A stretch of DNA of 64,000 nt from Chiloscyllium plagiosum (lineage: Eukaryota): positions 45,119,946 through 45,183,945 of the forward strand of contig NC_057739.1 of assembly GCF_004010195.1 (NCBI RefSeq), written 5' to 3'. Shown piece by piece: positions 23,901 to 35,600 of this stretch. The notes below the pieces were generated by a model, which saw only the letters and a list, made by a program, of their open reading frames with translations, ran no database searches and was not told the origin of the DNA. How positions within the stretch are numbered: position 1 is the stretch's first letter; each line of letters opens with the position of its first letter. Both the position numbers and the translations under genes were made by a program.

Positions 23901-25605
23901 CCTAAATCTCATTTTCCAAACTCTGTCCCTAATTCCAGATTCTGCCATGAGGAAGCAGCCACTCTGCCAAAATCCTTCAATCTTCTTGTTATATTATTCT
24001 CCAATGGCTATCGTATACATTAGGAATTTTTGCCAATTCCCTGTTCTTTGTTTAAAGAGATTGGATTTTAAACTAGTGGCATATGTGTGTTTGCCAATTT
24101 TTGTAAGGAGTTTAAAAATTAATAGCCCAGTCTTTCCAGAATCAGTTTTAAGTTTTTTTAAATTCATTCATAAGATGAGGTCATCATTGGGTACACGCCA
24201 GTGTTTACTGCTCATCCCTAACTGCCCTCAAATTGAGCAGCTTCCTAAGCCATTTCAGAGGGCAGCTCAGAGTCAGCCACATTGGCTGTGGGTCTGAAAT
24301 CACATATAGGCCAGGCAAGATGGCAGTTTCCTTCCCTGTAGGACATTAGTGACCCAGATGGGTTTTTCCAACAATTGACAATGGATTTGTGGTCATCATT
24401 AGATGATGAAACTCTGCCTTGGCAGGATTTGAACCCAAGTCCTCAGCACATGATCTGGCTCTCTGGATTAATAGTCTAACAATAATCCCACTCGCCACTG
24501 CCTCCCCCATGAGTCTCTCCCTCCAGATGTATTAACGGAATTTTGTTTATACCGGGGAGGTTTCTGACAAGAAAGGAAAAGGATTTTAAAATGTTAACAT
24601 GTTATTTGGGTTTGAAGTAATCAAGGGTTGACCTTAGCTTAGAAAAACCCAGAGATCAGAAAGGTTTTGGGTGGTTAAAGGAGAACCAGGATAGAGTTAG
24701 GGATCAAGGGATGTGACAAAAAGAAATAGGAATCTGCTCGACTCCCTTCCTGTCGCTGATCCCCCAGCCTGAGAGACTATGCTGGTTGTTAGTTACTAGG
24801 CCTTGGAAAGGGCTGGTCAGCTGCCCCTGCCTTCCCAATCATGAGGCCAGAAGCTCCCACAAGGTGTGATTCCCAGCTGCAGGGGTCCTTCATCCTGGGA
24901 AATGTCCGACTGCAGCTGCTCAGCTGACACTGATACCTCAAAGCTTGGTGGGGGCGGGGGGGGGGGGAAGCAGGGGCTGGGCCGCCCTGGAGTGGGGTAA
25001 CATGGGCTCTCTCTGGCTGTGCAGCTACACCAGGAGACCACAAACACCTGCACAGAATCCAGCCTGGGATCACTGTCTCCCTCTCCACGGCTGCTACCTG
25101 AACATTGCCAGCATTTGCAGATTTTATTTCAGATTTCCAGCACCTACAGGATTTTAGTTTTGTTCGAACTTGCCTTCTCATTGGTCAGCAGCTGGCTTCG
25201 ATACAGCACCTCTCCCACCAAATCAAAATGGTCTTTTGGAGGGTCAGCTTCGACACGAGGGGCCCCGGCTTGTGCTGCTGTGTCGCCCAAGACGTAATCC
25301 TTCTCTTCTCCTTCTTCCTCGTCCACGAGCCACTCGGATGGCGTGAACTGGACACTGTCCTGGTGTGGAAGCTCAACAGGAGTCAGGGTGAGTGGAGAGT
25401 AGGACCCAGCGCACAGCGAGTCAGAGAAGCTGAACTCGTGAGCAGCCTCGATAACCGCAGGCTGGTACATCTCATTCCAGTCATCGTCATCTTCCTCCAG
25501 CGAGGGGCTGCGGGCTGTCCCACCCGGGAGATAGTGCTCCAGCAAATTCAGGCTCAGTCCTTTGGAGGGAGAAGCAGCCTCCTCAAAGGGCACTTCGGAG
25601 GAGCC
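17797..25605 (-). CDS. ENTR1: Endosome-associated trafficking regulator 1 (SDCCAG3), 5'-partial; exons 25605-25174, 22975-22902, 21437-21326, 20810-20748, 20370-20231, 17902-17797
   Basis: Spliced peptide ..EEDDDDWNEMYQPAVIEAAH..LQEENARLRKQ..LESMVQHVEENLQQMTKRAVKAENTVTKLKQELVLLQ..QLLSGTETLRLVSNLLKSIDRISE matches the human ENTR1 C-terminal coiled coil; phases are consistent; SNAPC4 is its neighbour, as in human. Confidence 0.88.
18175..18455 (-). mobile_element. tRNA-derived SINE; related copies at about 24160-24510, 41745-42110 and 63835-63945 (+)
   Basis: Shared attcattca..ggccagcat..gcccatccctaa..gtgggtctggagtcacat..ggatttgaacc..ctctggattaatagtc; B-box-like ggttcaaatcc on the minus strand in the 24160 copy. 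Confidence 0.7.
20231..20370 (-). CDS. ENTR1: ENTR1 exon
   Basis: AELQQWKSENEKLRSEDSLALNSVKSNARLASDYLTKAAQEAESSVK; gacag| ... |gtatga. Confidence 0.9.
20748..20810 (-). CDS. ENTR1: ENTR1 exon
   Basis: KRAVKAENTVTKLKQELVLLQ; ttcag| ... |gtacag. Confidence 0.93.
20995..21130. repeat. 32-33-bp minisatellite, about 4 copies
   Basis: cactgtcggagggtcagtgctgagggagtggg tandem. Confidence 0.9.
21326..21437 (-). CDS. ENTR1: ENTR1 exon
   Basis: TKRLQEELERRKINEEKETRALESMVQHVEENLQQMT; ctcag| ... |gtgagg. Confidence 0.93.
22123..22512. repeat. 32-33-bp minisatellite, about 12 copies
   Basis: tcagtgctgagggagtgggcactgtcggaggg tandem. Confidence 0.95.
22123..22790 (+). mobile_element. Degenerate DeuSINE-like element whose 5' part is expanded as the minisatellite
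   Basis: Array continues into ggatgtggtgttaaacc..aacagac..attatctcattattgtttgt..gtttcct..ataacaacgactaca, resembling the Deu domain (AmnSINE1/SacSINE1 type) as recalled. Confidence 0.55.
22902..22975 (-). CDS. ENTR1: ENTR1 exon
   Basis: LQEENARLRKQNEEVEQLVKAHVKR; ttgcag| ... |gtgaga. Confidence 0.88.
24160..24510 (-). mobile_element. tRNA-derived SINE (same family as 18175)
   Basis: Collinear similarity with 18175-18455. Confidence 0.7.
25174..25605 (-). CDS. ENTR1: ENTR1 large acidic exon ending at a GC donor
   Basis: cctgcag|GGC TCC..; EEDDDDWNEMYQPAVIEAAH resembles human EEDEDTGWSGAYLPSAIEQTH; ends AAG|gcaagt in phase 0. Confidence 0.8.
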
Positions 25606-25714
25606 CTGCAGGTGAGAAAATGTCATCAGCAGAACTCCCAGAAATAAATTCGACACTTTCCCAAGGACTTACAGTGTTTCACAGTTAGAACAGTAAGCCT
25701 GTTTGACAATCATG

Positions 25715-26046
25715 GAGTGTGTGAAAACAAGCCCTTCAGCCCAACAAGTCCACACCGACCCTCCAAAGAGTAACCCACCCAGACCCATTCCCCTATTCTA
25801 TATTTACCCCTAATGCACCTAACCTAAACATCCCTGAACACTACGGGTAATTTAGCATTTACCAATCCACCCTGACCTGCACATCTTTGGACTGTGGGAG
25901 GAAACCGGAGCACCCGGAGGAAACCCACGCAGACACGGGGAGAACGTGCAAACTCCACATAGACAGTCACCCGAGGCGGGAAATGTACCCGGGTCCCTGG
26001 CACAGTGAGGCTGCAGTGCTAACCACTGAGCCACCATGCCATCCCA
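25715..26046 (-). mobile_element. V-SINE (HE1-like elasmobranch SINE)
   Basis: Minus strand: tggctcagtggttagcactg (A box) ... tgtggagtttgcacgttctccccgtgtctgcgtgggtttcctccgggtgctccggtttcctcccacagtccaaaga (V core) plus CR1-like tail. Confidence 0.9.
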
Positions 26047-26200
26047 GAGATGAACAATATTGGAGCAATTATAACCAGCACAGAGCAACATCCCAGACTT
26101 CCAGGATCTTTCAACATTCTGGGTAATCCAAGATGGAGGACGGAAAAAAACTGCGGCTGTAAGAGCTGCTCTTTTTTGAAGTATTTTAGGTGCTGGAGGT

Positions 26201-26700
26201 NNNNNNNNNNNNNNNNNNNNNNNNNNNNNNNNNNNNNNNNNNNNNNNNNNNNNNNNNNNNNNNNNNNNNNNNNNNNNNNNNNNNNNNNNNNNNNNNNNNN
26301 NNNNNNNNNNNNNNNNNNNNNNNNNNNNNNNNNNNNNNNNNNNNNNNNNNNNNNNNNNNNNNNNNNNNNNNNNNNNNNNNNNNNNNNNNNNNNNNNNNNN
26401 NNNNNNNNNNNNNNNNNNNNNNNNNNNNNNNNNNNNNNNNNNNNNNNNNNNNNNNNNNNNNNNNNNNNNNNNNNNNNNNNNNNNNNNNNNNNNNNNNNNN
26501 NNNNNNNNNNNNNNNNNNNNNNNNNNNNNNNNNNNNNNNNNNNNNNNNNNNNNNNNNNNNNNNNNNNNNNNNNNNNNNNNNNNNNNNNNNNNNNNNNNNN
26601 NNNNNNNNNNNNNNNNNNNNNNNNNNNNNNNNNNNNNNNNNNNNNNNNNNNNNNNNNNNNNNNNNNNNNNNNNNNNNNNNNNNNNNNNNNNNNNNNNNNN
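26201..26700. other. Scaffolding gap of exactly 500 N (true size unknown)
   Basis: Round-number N run. Confidence 0.95.
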
Positions 26701-28259
26701 AATGCCTTCCATTCCTGAGCTGTTCAGTGTGAAAGTGTTTTCCCTCTCTTTACCATTGTGTTGGTTATATTTTACCTTAACTCTATGCCATCTCATTCCT
26801 AGTTTCTTAGATTATACAAGCAGAAGCAGCTTCACTCTGTTTGCATTTGACCAACCCCCTCATAATTTTTAGACCTCGGTCAGATCTCCTGTCATCTGCC
26901 TTGCATCACAAAGAAAACTCATGAACATTGCCCTATCCATCACGCAAAGCATCCATTGACTCCTGCTGCCTTGGGAAAGTAACTAACATAATCTAAGATG
27001 CCTCCCACTCAGCTGTAGTCTCTTCCATTGTGCAAACAGATTCATGAACAGCTTCTCCCTCACTGTTATCAGACTTTTGAACTTTGAGCTCTCTCTCTCT
27101 GCCACACTAACACTGTATTCTGCACTCTGTTCTGCTGTCCTGATGCATTTTATATGGTGGATCTGCCTGTGGAGCACACAAAACCCACTGAATTGCGAAG
27201 GATCTTCACCCAGAGGCCTATGAATCTATTGAATTCCCTGCCCAGTGAAGTAGTGCCGCTATTTCAGTAAATGTTTTTAAAGCTAAGATAGATTTTTTTT
27301 TTGAACAATGAAGGAATTAAGGGTTATGGTGAGCGGGCAGGTAAGTGGAGCTGAGCTCATGAAAAGACCAGCCATGATCTTATTGAATGGCAGAGTAGGG
27401 TCGAAGGGCCAGATGGCCTACTCCTGCTCCTAGTTCATATGTTCTTAAAACAATGTTTTTCACTGTGTCTGTGTACACGTGACAACACTAAATCAAATTA
27501 AACATTTCCTCAATCAATCCTACTGTTTGCAAGAATGATAAGTGGACTTCAGAGGTTATGAGGTGTGATTATACAAATTAGATCTGTTTTCTCTAAAATT
27601 AAAAGGCTACAGTGTGATATGATTAAAGTCTTCAAATATTAAAGGGAAAGACAGGGTAGATGAAAAAAGAAACTGAGCACTGCTGAGAGATTCCAGAGCT
27701 CGGGGGCCTTGTTAAAAGATAAGAGCCGGGGGGATGTTAGGAAGCACTTCTACAAACGAAAGGTTCCACATTGGTTGATGGATCAGTTGTAAATTTAAAG
27801 ATGGTTCAATTTTTATTAACCAAACATTTAAGGGATATGGACCAAAAGTAGTTATATGGAGATAGGCCGCAGATCAGCAACAATCTCATTGAATGGCAAA
27901 ACAGGTTTGAGGGGCTGAATGGCCTACTGCTGTTCCTATGTTCTCATACCTGGTCAATTTTTGTAAACTCTTTCTGCACGCTGTCCACTGTATTCATAAT
28001 GTGCCGACAATTTACACAATACTCCAGCTGAAGTCTAACATGGTCTTGTAGTAGTTCAACATCACCCCTCAGCTCCTATACCCTGTGTTTAATAAAAAAG
28101 CTGAGACCACTGTGTGCACCTTATTTACTGCTCTCTCCACATGGCCCTGCCACCTTCAATGACATACACGTCCACACCTGCTCCTGCACCCTCCTTTAGA
28201 ATGACGTTCCCTATTTTATATCATCTTTCGCTGTTTTCAGACCAAAATGCATCGCTCTT

Positions 28260-29375
28260 AGAGTCATACAGCAAGGAAACCGACCCTTCAGCCCAACTCA
28301 TCCATGCTGACTCGATATCCTCAATTGAACTGGTTCCATTTGCCTGCATTTAGTCCACATCCGTTTGTACCTTTCCTATCCATGTAACTGTTCAAATGTT
28401 TCAAATGATGTAATTGTACTCCCCTCTGCCACTTCCTCTGGCAGTTTGTTCCATATACGCACCACCCTCAGTGTGAAAAAAGTTGCCCCTCAGATCCCCA
28501 TTAAATACTTTTCCTCTCACCTTAAACCAATGTGGTCTGGTTTTGGACTCTCCTCTCTGAGGGAAAAGATCTTAGCTATTCATCTTATCCATGCCCCTCA
28601 TGATTTTATAAACCTCTATAAGGTTGTTCTTCAGCCTGTAACACTGCAGGGGCCAAAAAAGTCTCAGCCTATTCAACCTCTCCTTATAACACAAACCTTC
28701 CACTCTGGCTAACATCCTTGTAAGTCTATCTTGCACCTTTTCCAATTTACTAACATCCTTCCTATAGCAGGGTGACCAGAATTGTGCACAGTGCCCCAAA
28801 TGTTGCCCTCTACAATGTGACACACTGTCCCAAATCCTGTACTGAGTGCCCTGAGCAATGAAGGCTAGCATGCCAAATGACTTCTTCACCACCCTATCTA
28901 CCTGTGCCGCCACTTTCAAAGAACTATGTACTTGCACCCCTATGTCTATCTGTTTGACAACACACCCTACGGCCTTATCATTAAGTGTGTACATCCTGCC
29001 TTTGTTTGTCTTAACAAAATGCAGCACCTAATTTATCTAAACCTCATTCCATCTGTCATTGCTCAGCCCACAGGTCCAGTTGATAAAGATCCCGTTGCAC
29101 TCTTAGATGGCCTTCACTGTCCACTGGTGTCATCCACAAACCTATTAACCCCGTTTCCCATATTCTCATCAAATCATTGATATAAATGATGAACAGCAGT
29201 GACCCCAGTACCAGTCCTTGCTGCACATTGCTGGTCACAGGCCTGCAGTCAGAGCAACAACACTCTCCCACCACCCTGTCTCCTCCCATCAGGCCAATTT
29301 TATGTCCGATTGACTGGCTCTTTGTGGATCCCATGTGAGCCAGCCTCCCTAACCAGTCTTCTCTGCAGGGCCTTG
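28260..29375 (-). mobile_element. Degenerate CR1 LINE (RT C-terminal half plus 3' tail)
   Basis: ORFs 28572..29027 and 29056..29334: VQQGLVLGSLLFIIYINDL, SLKVAAQVDRVVKK, HCAQFWSPCYRKDV. Confidence 0.9.
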
Positions 29376-29650
29376 TTAAAGTTAGGGTTACCCCAGCTGC
29401 CCTCTCTCTAACTTGAAATGTCTTTTTGAAATTCCAAATTGTCCTCCTAAGTTTGCAATTCTTCCAAATTTAAAGTCATCGTCAAACTTGGAGGTTATCG
29501 CCCACACACCGTATATTGATAGCATGGTAGTGACGTTTCTTGAATACAAGAGCTTATTGTGTTTAGTATCATGCAATTGCCTCTTAATATATTTAGTTTC
29601 ATTCTGGCCTGCAGCTATTACTGAGTAACAATCTGTCTTCTTCTTGCCAG

Positions 29651-29694
29651 AGAGTGATGAGGAGCCAGATGGTGAAGGCGAAGGGATTTCTTTG
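29651..29694 (+). CDS. SNAPC4: SNAPC4 small acidic exon
   Basis: ttgccag|AG AGT GAT GAG GAG..TCT TTG|gtaagc; SDEEPDGEGEGISL. Confidence 0.65.
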
Positions 29695-32600
29695 GTAAGC
29701 ATTTTTATTGTTCCTGAGCTGTCCCCCTCCCAAGTGTACTGCACCAGCTTGTACAGGGTCTGGCTGGCTTCAAGCAACTGCCAGGGGCTTCTGGACTCTG
29801 GGAACATCTAAACTCTAAATGCAAGTGCTATGGGAGTTTGTAAGGCAGTGTTTCAAGAGAGCACCTTTAAGTGAGGTGATGTCATGGATAGAATGCAAAA
29901 CTTCATTTTCTTCCCCCACATTTTGTTGTATTTGTGACTAGCAAGGCAGCTTGACAGCACCAGGGACCTGGGTTTCATTCCAGCCTCGAGTGACTGTGTT
30001 GATTTTTCAGATTCTCCCTGAGTCTGTGTGGGTTTCCTCTCACAGTCCAAAGACGAGCAGGTTAGGTGGATCGGACATGCTAAATTGCCCATAGTGTCCA
30101 GGGATGTGCTGGCTAGGTGGGTTAACCACCCAGAAAAATGTTGTAGTTCTGTTCGCCGAGCTGGGAATTTGTGTTGCAGACGTTTCGTCCCCTGTCTAGG
30201 TGACGTTCTCAGTGCTTGGGTGCCTCCTGTGAAGCGCTTCTGTGATCTTTCCTCCGGCATTTATAGTGGTTTGTCTCTGCCGCTTCCGGTTGTCAGTTCC
30301 AGCTGTCCGCTGCAGTGGTCGGTATATTGGGTCCAGGTCGATGTGCTTATTGATTGAATCTGTGGATGAGTGCCATGCCTCTAGGAATTCCCTGGCTGTT
30401 CTCTGTTTGGCTTGTCCTATAATAGTAGTGTTAGGGTAATAGAGGGTCAGGGTAATTCAATGGCCCAAATGGTCAACTTTCACACTGGGATTCTATGATT
30501 CTTTGATTAACTGCCTCTTGTGTAATGTTTATGCTACAATCATTTTAGTTTATTTGTTGCAGTAAAAGTCATGGGATTGAAACTTGTCCTTTGGTTGTTT
30601 AGTTGGTTGTTGGGAAATCCATTGTAACTTTTTTAAAAAGTTATCAGTCTGTAATGGGATTGTTATAATGTGGATGGTAATCTGAAAGGGAACCAAATAA
30701 TTAAATAAAAGAGCAAAATGGAGGTAAATGCTTTGAGCTGAACGTTGGATGTTGATATAATCTGACTGAAGCTCTTAGAGCAGTGAAAGCAGGATTGGCT
30801 CAACAAAATTACCAAAGGAAACAGTGTTAAAATCTAAACTGAAACCTGCTGAGGCAGCTTGGTGAAACATAAAGCAATGAGGACCCACTACTGTTGAGAC
30901 ACAGGAGACAAACTGGGACCCCACTCGGAAGAAGCCTCCACTGTTGTGTAAGAAATGGGAGAGAGGGGAAGGAAAGCTTTCTGTGGTAAAACCATCCTAC
31001 CAGGGCCAACCAAATCATTTTAAAGGAATCTGCAGAATTCTAAATCGCCAGGACTGTGCTGTATTGAAAGACAGGAATTTGGTGAGGTCTTCCTCAGTGG
31101 AGAAGTCTGTGTTGGAATGCTCAGACTGAGGGGTAATTTTCAGGCGACTGTGAAAGATTTGCCCTCCTGCAATCGAGAAAAGTGACATTGCTGAAACTGG
31201 GAGAAATGTGGGATGTGATCTGAAAAGCTGTGTCACCTATGCAGTCCTGATTTATCATCGACATTCCAGTCATTACCTGGTATGACAGAAAGCTGAGGCT
31301 GCTGTATGGCTCCCTTAGGAACATTCCTGGTCTCACCTCTCCAGTCAGAGAGCATTCTGCTTCACTCCTGCTCTTATGTGCAACATTACAACACAGTAGT
31401 GACATTCAAAAACATCATTGGCTGGTAAAAATGTTTGAGATAACCTGCAGTTATGAAGTTTTCATGACCATAAACCTTTTTTGTTCCCTGACTTCCTCTT
31501 TATAACTGATCTGTCATATTAACAGTATTTGTGTGTTCTACTCTCTCATACAGTATCTGTACAAATAATATCCATAGATTAGTGAGTTTTGAGAAGATTT
31601 GTAGCTCAGGTTGAGGTTCTGGATGTAGGTTTGCTCACTGAGCTGGAAGGTTCATTTTCAGATGTTTCGTCATCATACTAGGTAACATTGTCAGCGAGTC
31701 TCCGGACAAAGTGCTGATGTTTCCTGCTTTCTATTTATATGCTTGGGTTTCTTTGGGTTGGTGATGTCATTTCCGACTGAGACGTCATTTCCGGTTCTTT
31801 TTCTCGGGGGTGGTAAATGGGGTCCAAGTCAATGTGTTTGTTGATAAGAGTTCCGGTTGGAATGCCAGACTTCCTGGGAATTCTCGTGCGTGTCTCTGTT
31901 TGGCTTGTCCTAGGATGGATGTGTTGTCCCAGTCGAAGTGGTGTCCTTCCTTATCTATACGTAAGGATACTAGTGAGAGAGGGTCATGTCGTTTTGTGGC
32001 TAGTTGACGTTCATGTATCCTGGTGGCTAGTTTTCTGCCTGTTTGTCCAATGTAGTGTTTTAGTCCTTCCACAGTATTTTGTAAACTATGGATAAGGAAG
32101 GACACCACTTCGACTGGGACAACACATCCATCCTAGGACAAGCCAAACAGAGAGATGCATAAGAATTCCTAGAAGCATAGAGTTCCAGTTGGAACGCCAT
32201 CAACAAACACATCGACTTGGACCCCATTGAAACACATAAATAGAAAGCAGGAAACATCAGTGCTTCACCCGGAGGCTCACTGAAGATGTTACTGAGTATG
32301 GTGACGAAATGTCTGCGAATGAACCTTCCAGCTCAGCGAGCAAACCTACATCCAGAATATCTGTGGGTGCTTTCCTAGCCTTTGTTTTAAGACTGTTTAG
32401 ATCAGAGAGAGAAGATGAAAGGAGTAACATCTGGTTTATGTTTGGGAGCAGGCTTTTGCCAGAGACCAAGTGCCTCAGCTCGCAGACAGTGGTATGGATG
32501 ATGATGGAGATGAGCTTCCTGAGGACCCTGAGACCTGCCTGCAGATGAACCTGGTGTATCAGGAAGTGATTGTGGAGAAGCTGCAGGACCTTGAGCTGCT

Positions 32601-35600
32601 GCTCGCCCATAATAAGGAGCAACAGGTGACTGTCTGGGTTTTGTACTTTATTTGGGGAAGGTATAGGGGTGATTAGCAAAGGGAAGGAGTCCTTGGATAG
32701 TGAAGCTCATGCGTTTCTCCAGCCCCTTTTATATAATGGAGCTGCTAGTGGTTTCCTAACTCTGAAAGCGAAGCAGCAACAGGAAATGTCTGCACAGCTG
32801 CCTGTGCCTGTCCTGACCAGAGAAACTGAGATGGGAGTGATTGATATTTCCAGTTCCCCATCACTCTGCCCAATTTATCCACATCCTCACTGAATGGATC
32901 TTGGAGCTGAGCATCTTTCAATATTTCACTACCATTTACCCCCCACTGTTGAATTAGAATTAGGTTTGGTTTCATTTGTTTGTTTTAGGAATTGATTTGG
33001 ATTTCCATGATCCTTTGTGAGAGGAAATGCTTCTTGTCATCACCCTGATCTATCTTCCTTGTATCTGATGGTTCAGCCCCTTTGTTTTGGAACTTCAGTG
33101 GAAGAAATAGTTTGATTAGTTCACCACTTCATCGTCAATATTCAAAAATACAACTGATCCTCCTGCACTTGACCCGAGTTTGAATTCTATTTTGGTGACG
33201 TTCCTTGCTGCACCTAAACACAGGCCAGTAGAAGGTTACAGCACAGAGAGATGTTGTTCAGACCATTGTCAGTGCAGTTCCCTGCAAGAGTAACTCACTT
33301 GTGCACCTGTTTCCTGTAACACCCCACTGGTCAGATAACTGTCCAGTTCCTTTTAGAAAGTTCAATTTGAACCTACTCTACCACACTCTCAGTATATTCC
33401 AGTCAGACCCTAACTATTCGGCTGCTTTTAAAAGCAGCTTTTTCATCTGGTCACATTTGTGTATACTTTTACCAGTTACCGTAAACCAGTGCCTTCTGGT
33501 TCTTTATCCTTCAGCCCAAGGGGACAGTTTCTTTTTATTAACACTATCACATCCCTTGTGATCACCATCTCACATTTGTGTATACTTTTACCAGTTACCG
33601 TAAACCGTGCCTTCTGGTTCTTTATCCTTCAGCCCAAGGGGACAGTTTCTTTTTATTAACACTATCACATCCCTTGTGATCACCATCTCTCTGAGCTCCG
33701 CTCCACCTCCAGTTCTCTAAGGAGAGCCATCCCAGATTGTCCAGTATGTCTATGTAACTGAACTCTCTGGAATCACTACTTTTCTAAAGCCTTCATATTC
33801 TTCTGAAAGTTTGGTGCTCAGAATTAGAATCCATTTTCTCGTTGAGACTGATATAGTGATTTATTTTAAAAAGCCATAATTTCCTTGATTTTGTGCTTTA
33901 TTCCTCTACTTTTATAAATCCTACGAACCACTTTCTCAAGCTATCCTGCCCTTTTGGGTGGATCACCCAGGCTCCCCTCTGTGTCTGCACCCCTTCAGAA
34001 TTGTATTCTTGAAGTTACCCCTCCTCATTATTCCAACCTAAATGAATCACTTAGAACATAGAATATTACAGCGCAGTACAGGCCCTTCGGCCCTCGATGT
34101 TGTGCCGCCCTGTCATACCAATCTGAAGCCCATCCCACCTACACTATTCCATGTACGTCCATATGCCTGTCCAATGACGACTTAAATGTACTTAAATTTG
34201 GTGAATCTACTAACATTGCAGGCAAAGCATTCCATGCCCTTACTACTCTGAGTAAAGAAACTACCTGACATCTGTCCTATATCTATCACCCCTCAATTTA
34301 AAGCTATGCCCCCTCATGCTCGCTGTCACCATTTTTGTAAAAAGGCTCTCACTGACCACCCTATCTAACCCTCTGATTATCTTATATGTCTCTATAAAGT
34401 CACCTCTCAACCTTCTCTCTCACAAAAACAGTCTCAAGTCCCTCAGCCTTTCCTCGTAAGACCTTCCCTCCATACCAGGCAACATCCTAGTAAATCTCCT
34501 CTGAACCCTTTCCAAAGCTTCCACATCTTTATAATGCGGTGACCAGAACTGTACACAATACTCCCAACTGCGGCTGCACCAGAGTTTTGTACAGCTGTAG
34601 CATAACCTCATGGTTCTGGAACTCGATCCCTCTATTAATAAAAGCTAAAACACTGTATGCCTTCTTAACAACCTTGTCAACCTGGGTGGCAACTTTCAAG
34701 GATCTGTGTACCTGGACACCGAGATCTCTCTGCTCATCTACACTACCAAGAATCTTACCATTAGCCCAGTACTTTGCATTCCAGTTACTCCGACCAAAGT
34801 GAATCACTTCACACTTGTCCACATTAAACTCCATTTGCCATCTCTCAGCCCAGCTCTGCAGCTTATCTATGTCTCTCTGTAACCTACTACATCCTTCGTC
34901 ACTATCCCCAATTCCACTGACCTTAGTGTCGTCTGTAAATTTACTAACCCACCCTTCTACACCCTCATCCAGGTCATTTATAAAAATGAACAGCAGTGGA
35001 CCCAACACCGACCCTTGTGGTACACCACTAGTAACTGGTCTCCAGGGTGAACATTTCCCATCAACCAACACCCTCTGTCTTCTTTCAGCAAGCCAATTAC
35101 TGATCCAAACTGCGATATCTCCCACTATCTCATTCCTCCGCATTTTGTACAATAGCCTACTGTGGGGAACCTTATCAAACGCCTCGCTGAAATCCATATA
35201 CACCACATCAACCGGTTTACTCTCATCTACCTGTTTGGTCACCTTCTCAAAGAACTCCATAAGGTTTGTGAGGCACGACCTACTCTTCACAAAACCGTGC
35301 TGACTATCCCTAATCAAATTATTCTTTTCTAGATGGTTATAAATCCTATCTCTTATAATGTTTCCCAACACTTTACCAACAACTGAAGTAAGGCAGTGTG
35401 GCACTTAGGCAGATTCCTTTCTGTATGTCACACAACTGCATCACTCTTATCCACCCTCTGTCACCTCATCAGCAGTCACCTAAACACAATTTGCTCTTAA
35501 AGCCATGATGGCTTTCCTGAATTAATCCACATCTGTCTAAGCAAGTGTTAATTTTGTCTTGGATTATTGTTGAGAAAAACTTTCCTCCGACTAAGGTTAA

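Noticed and set aside
25105-25647. 180-aa plus-strand ORF
   Set aside because: Antisense shadow of the ENTR1 exon
26120-26200. CCAAGATGGAGG, a YY1-like motif next to the gap, as a possible ENTR1/SNAPC4 promoter
   Set aside because: Imperfect motif with no CpG island; could equally be the end of a repeat truncated by the gap
34529-35404. 291-aa reverse transcriptase ORF as an active or domesticated gene
   Set aside because: 5'-truncated CR1 with no endonuclease, an altered motif (FTDD) and a downstream frameshift
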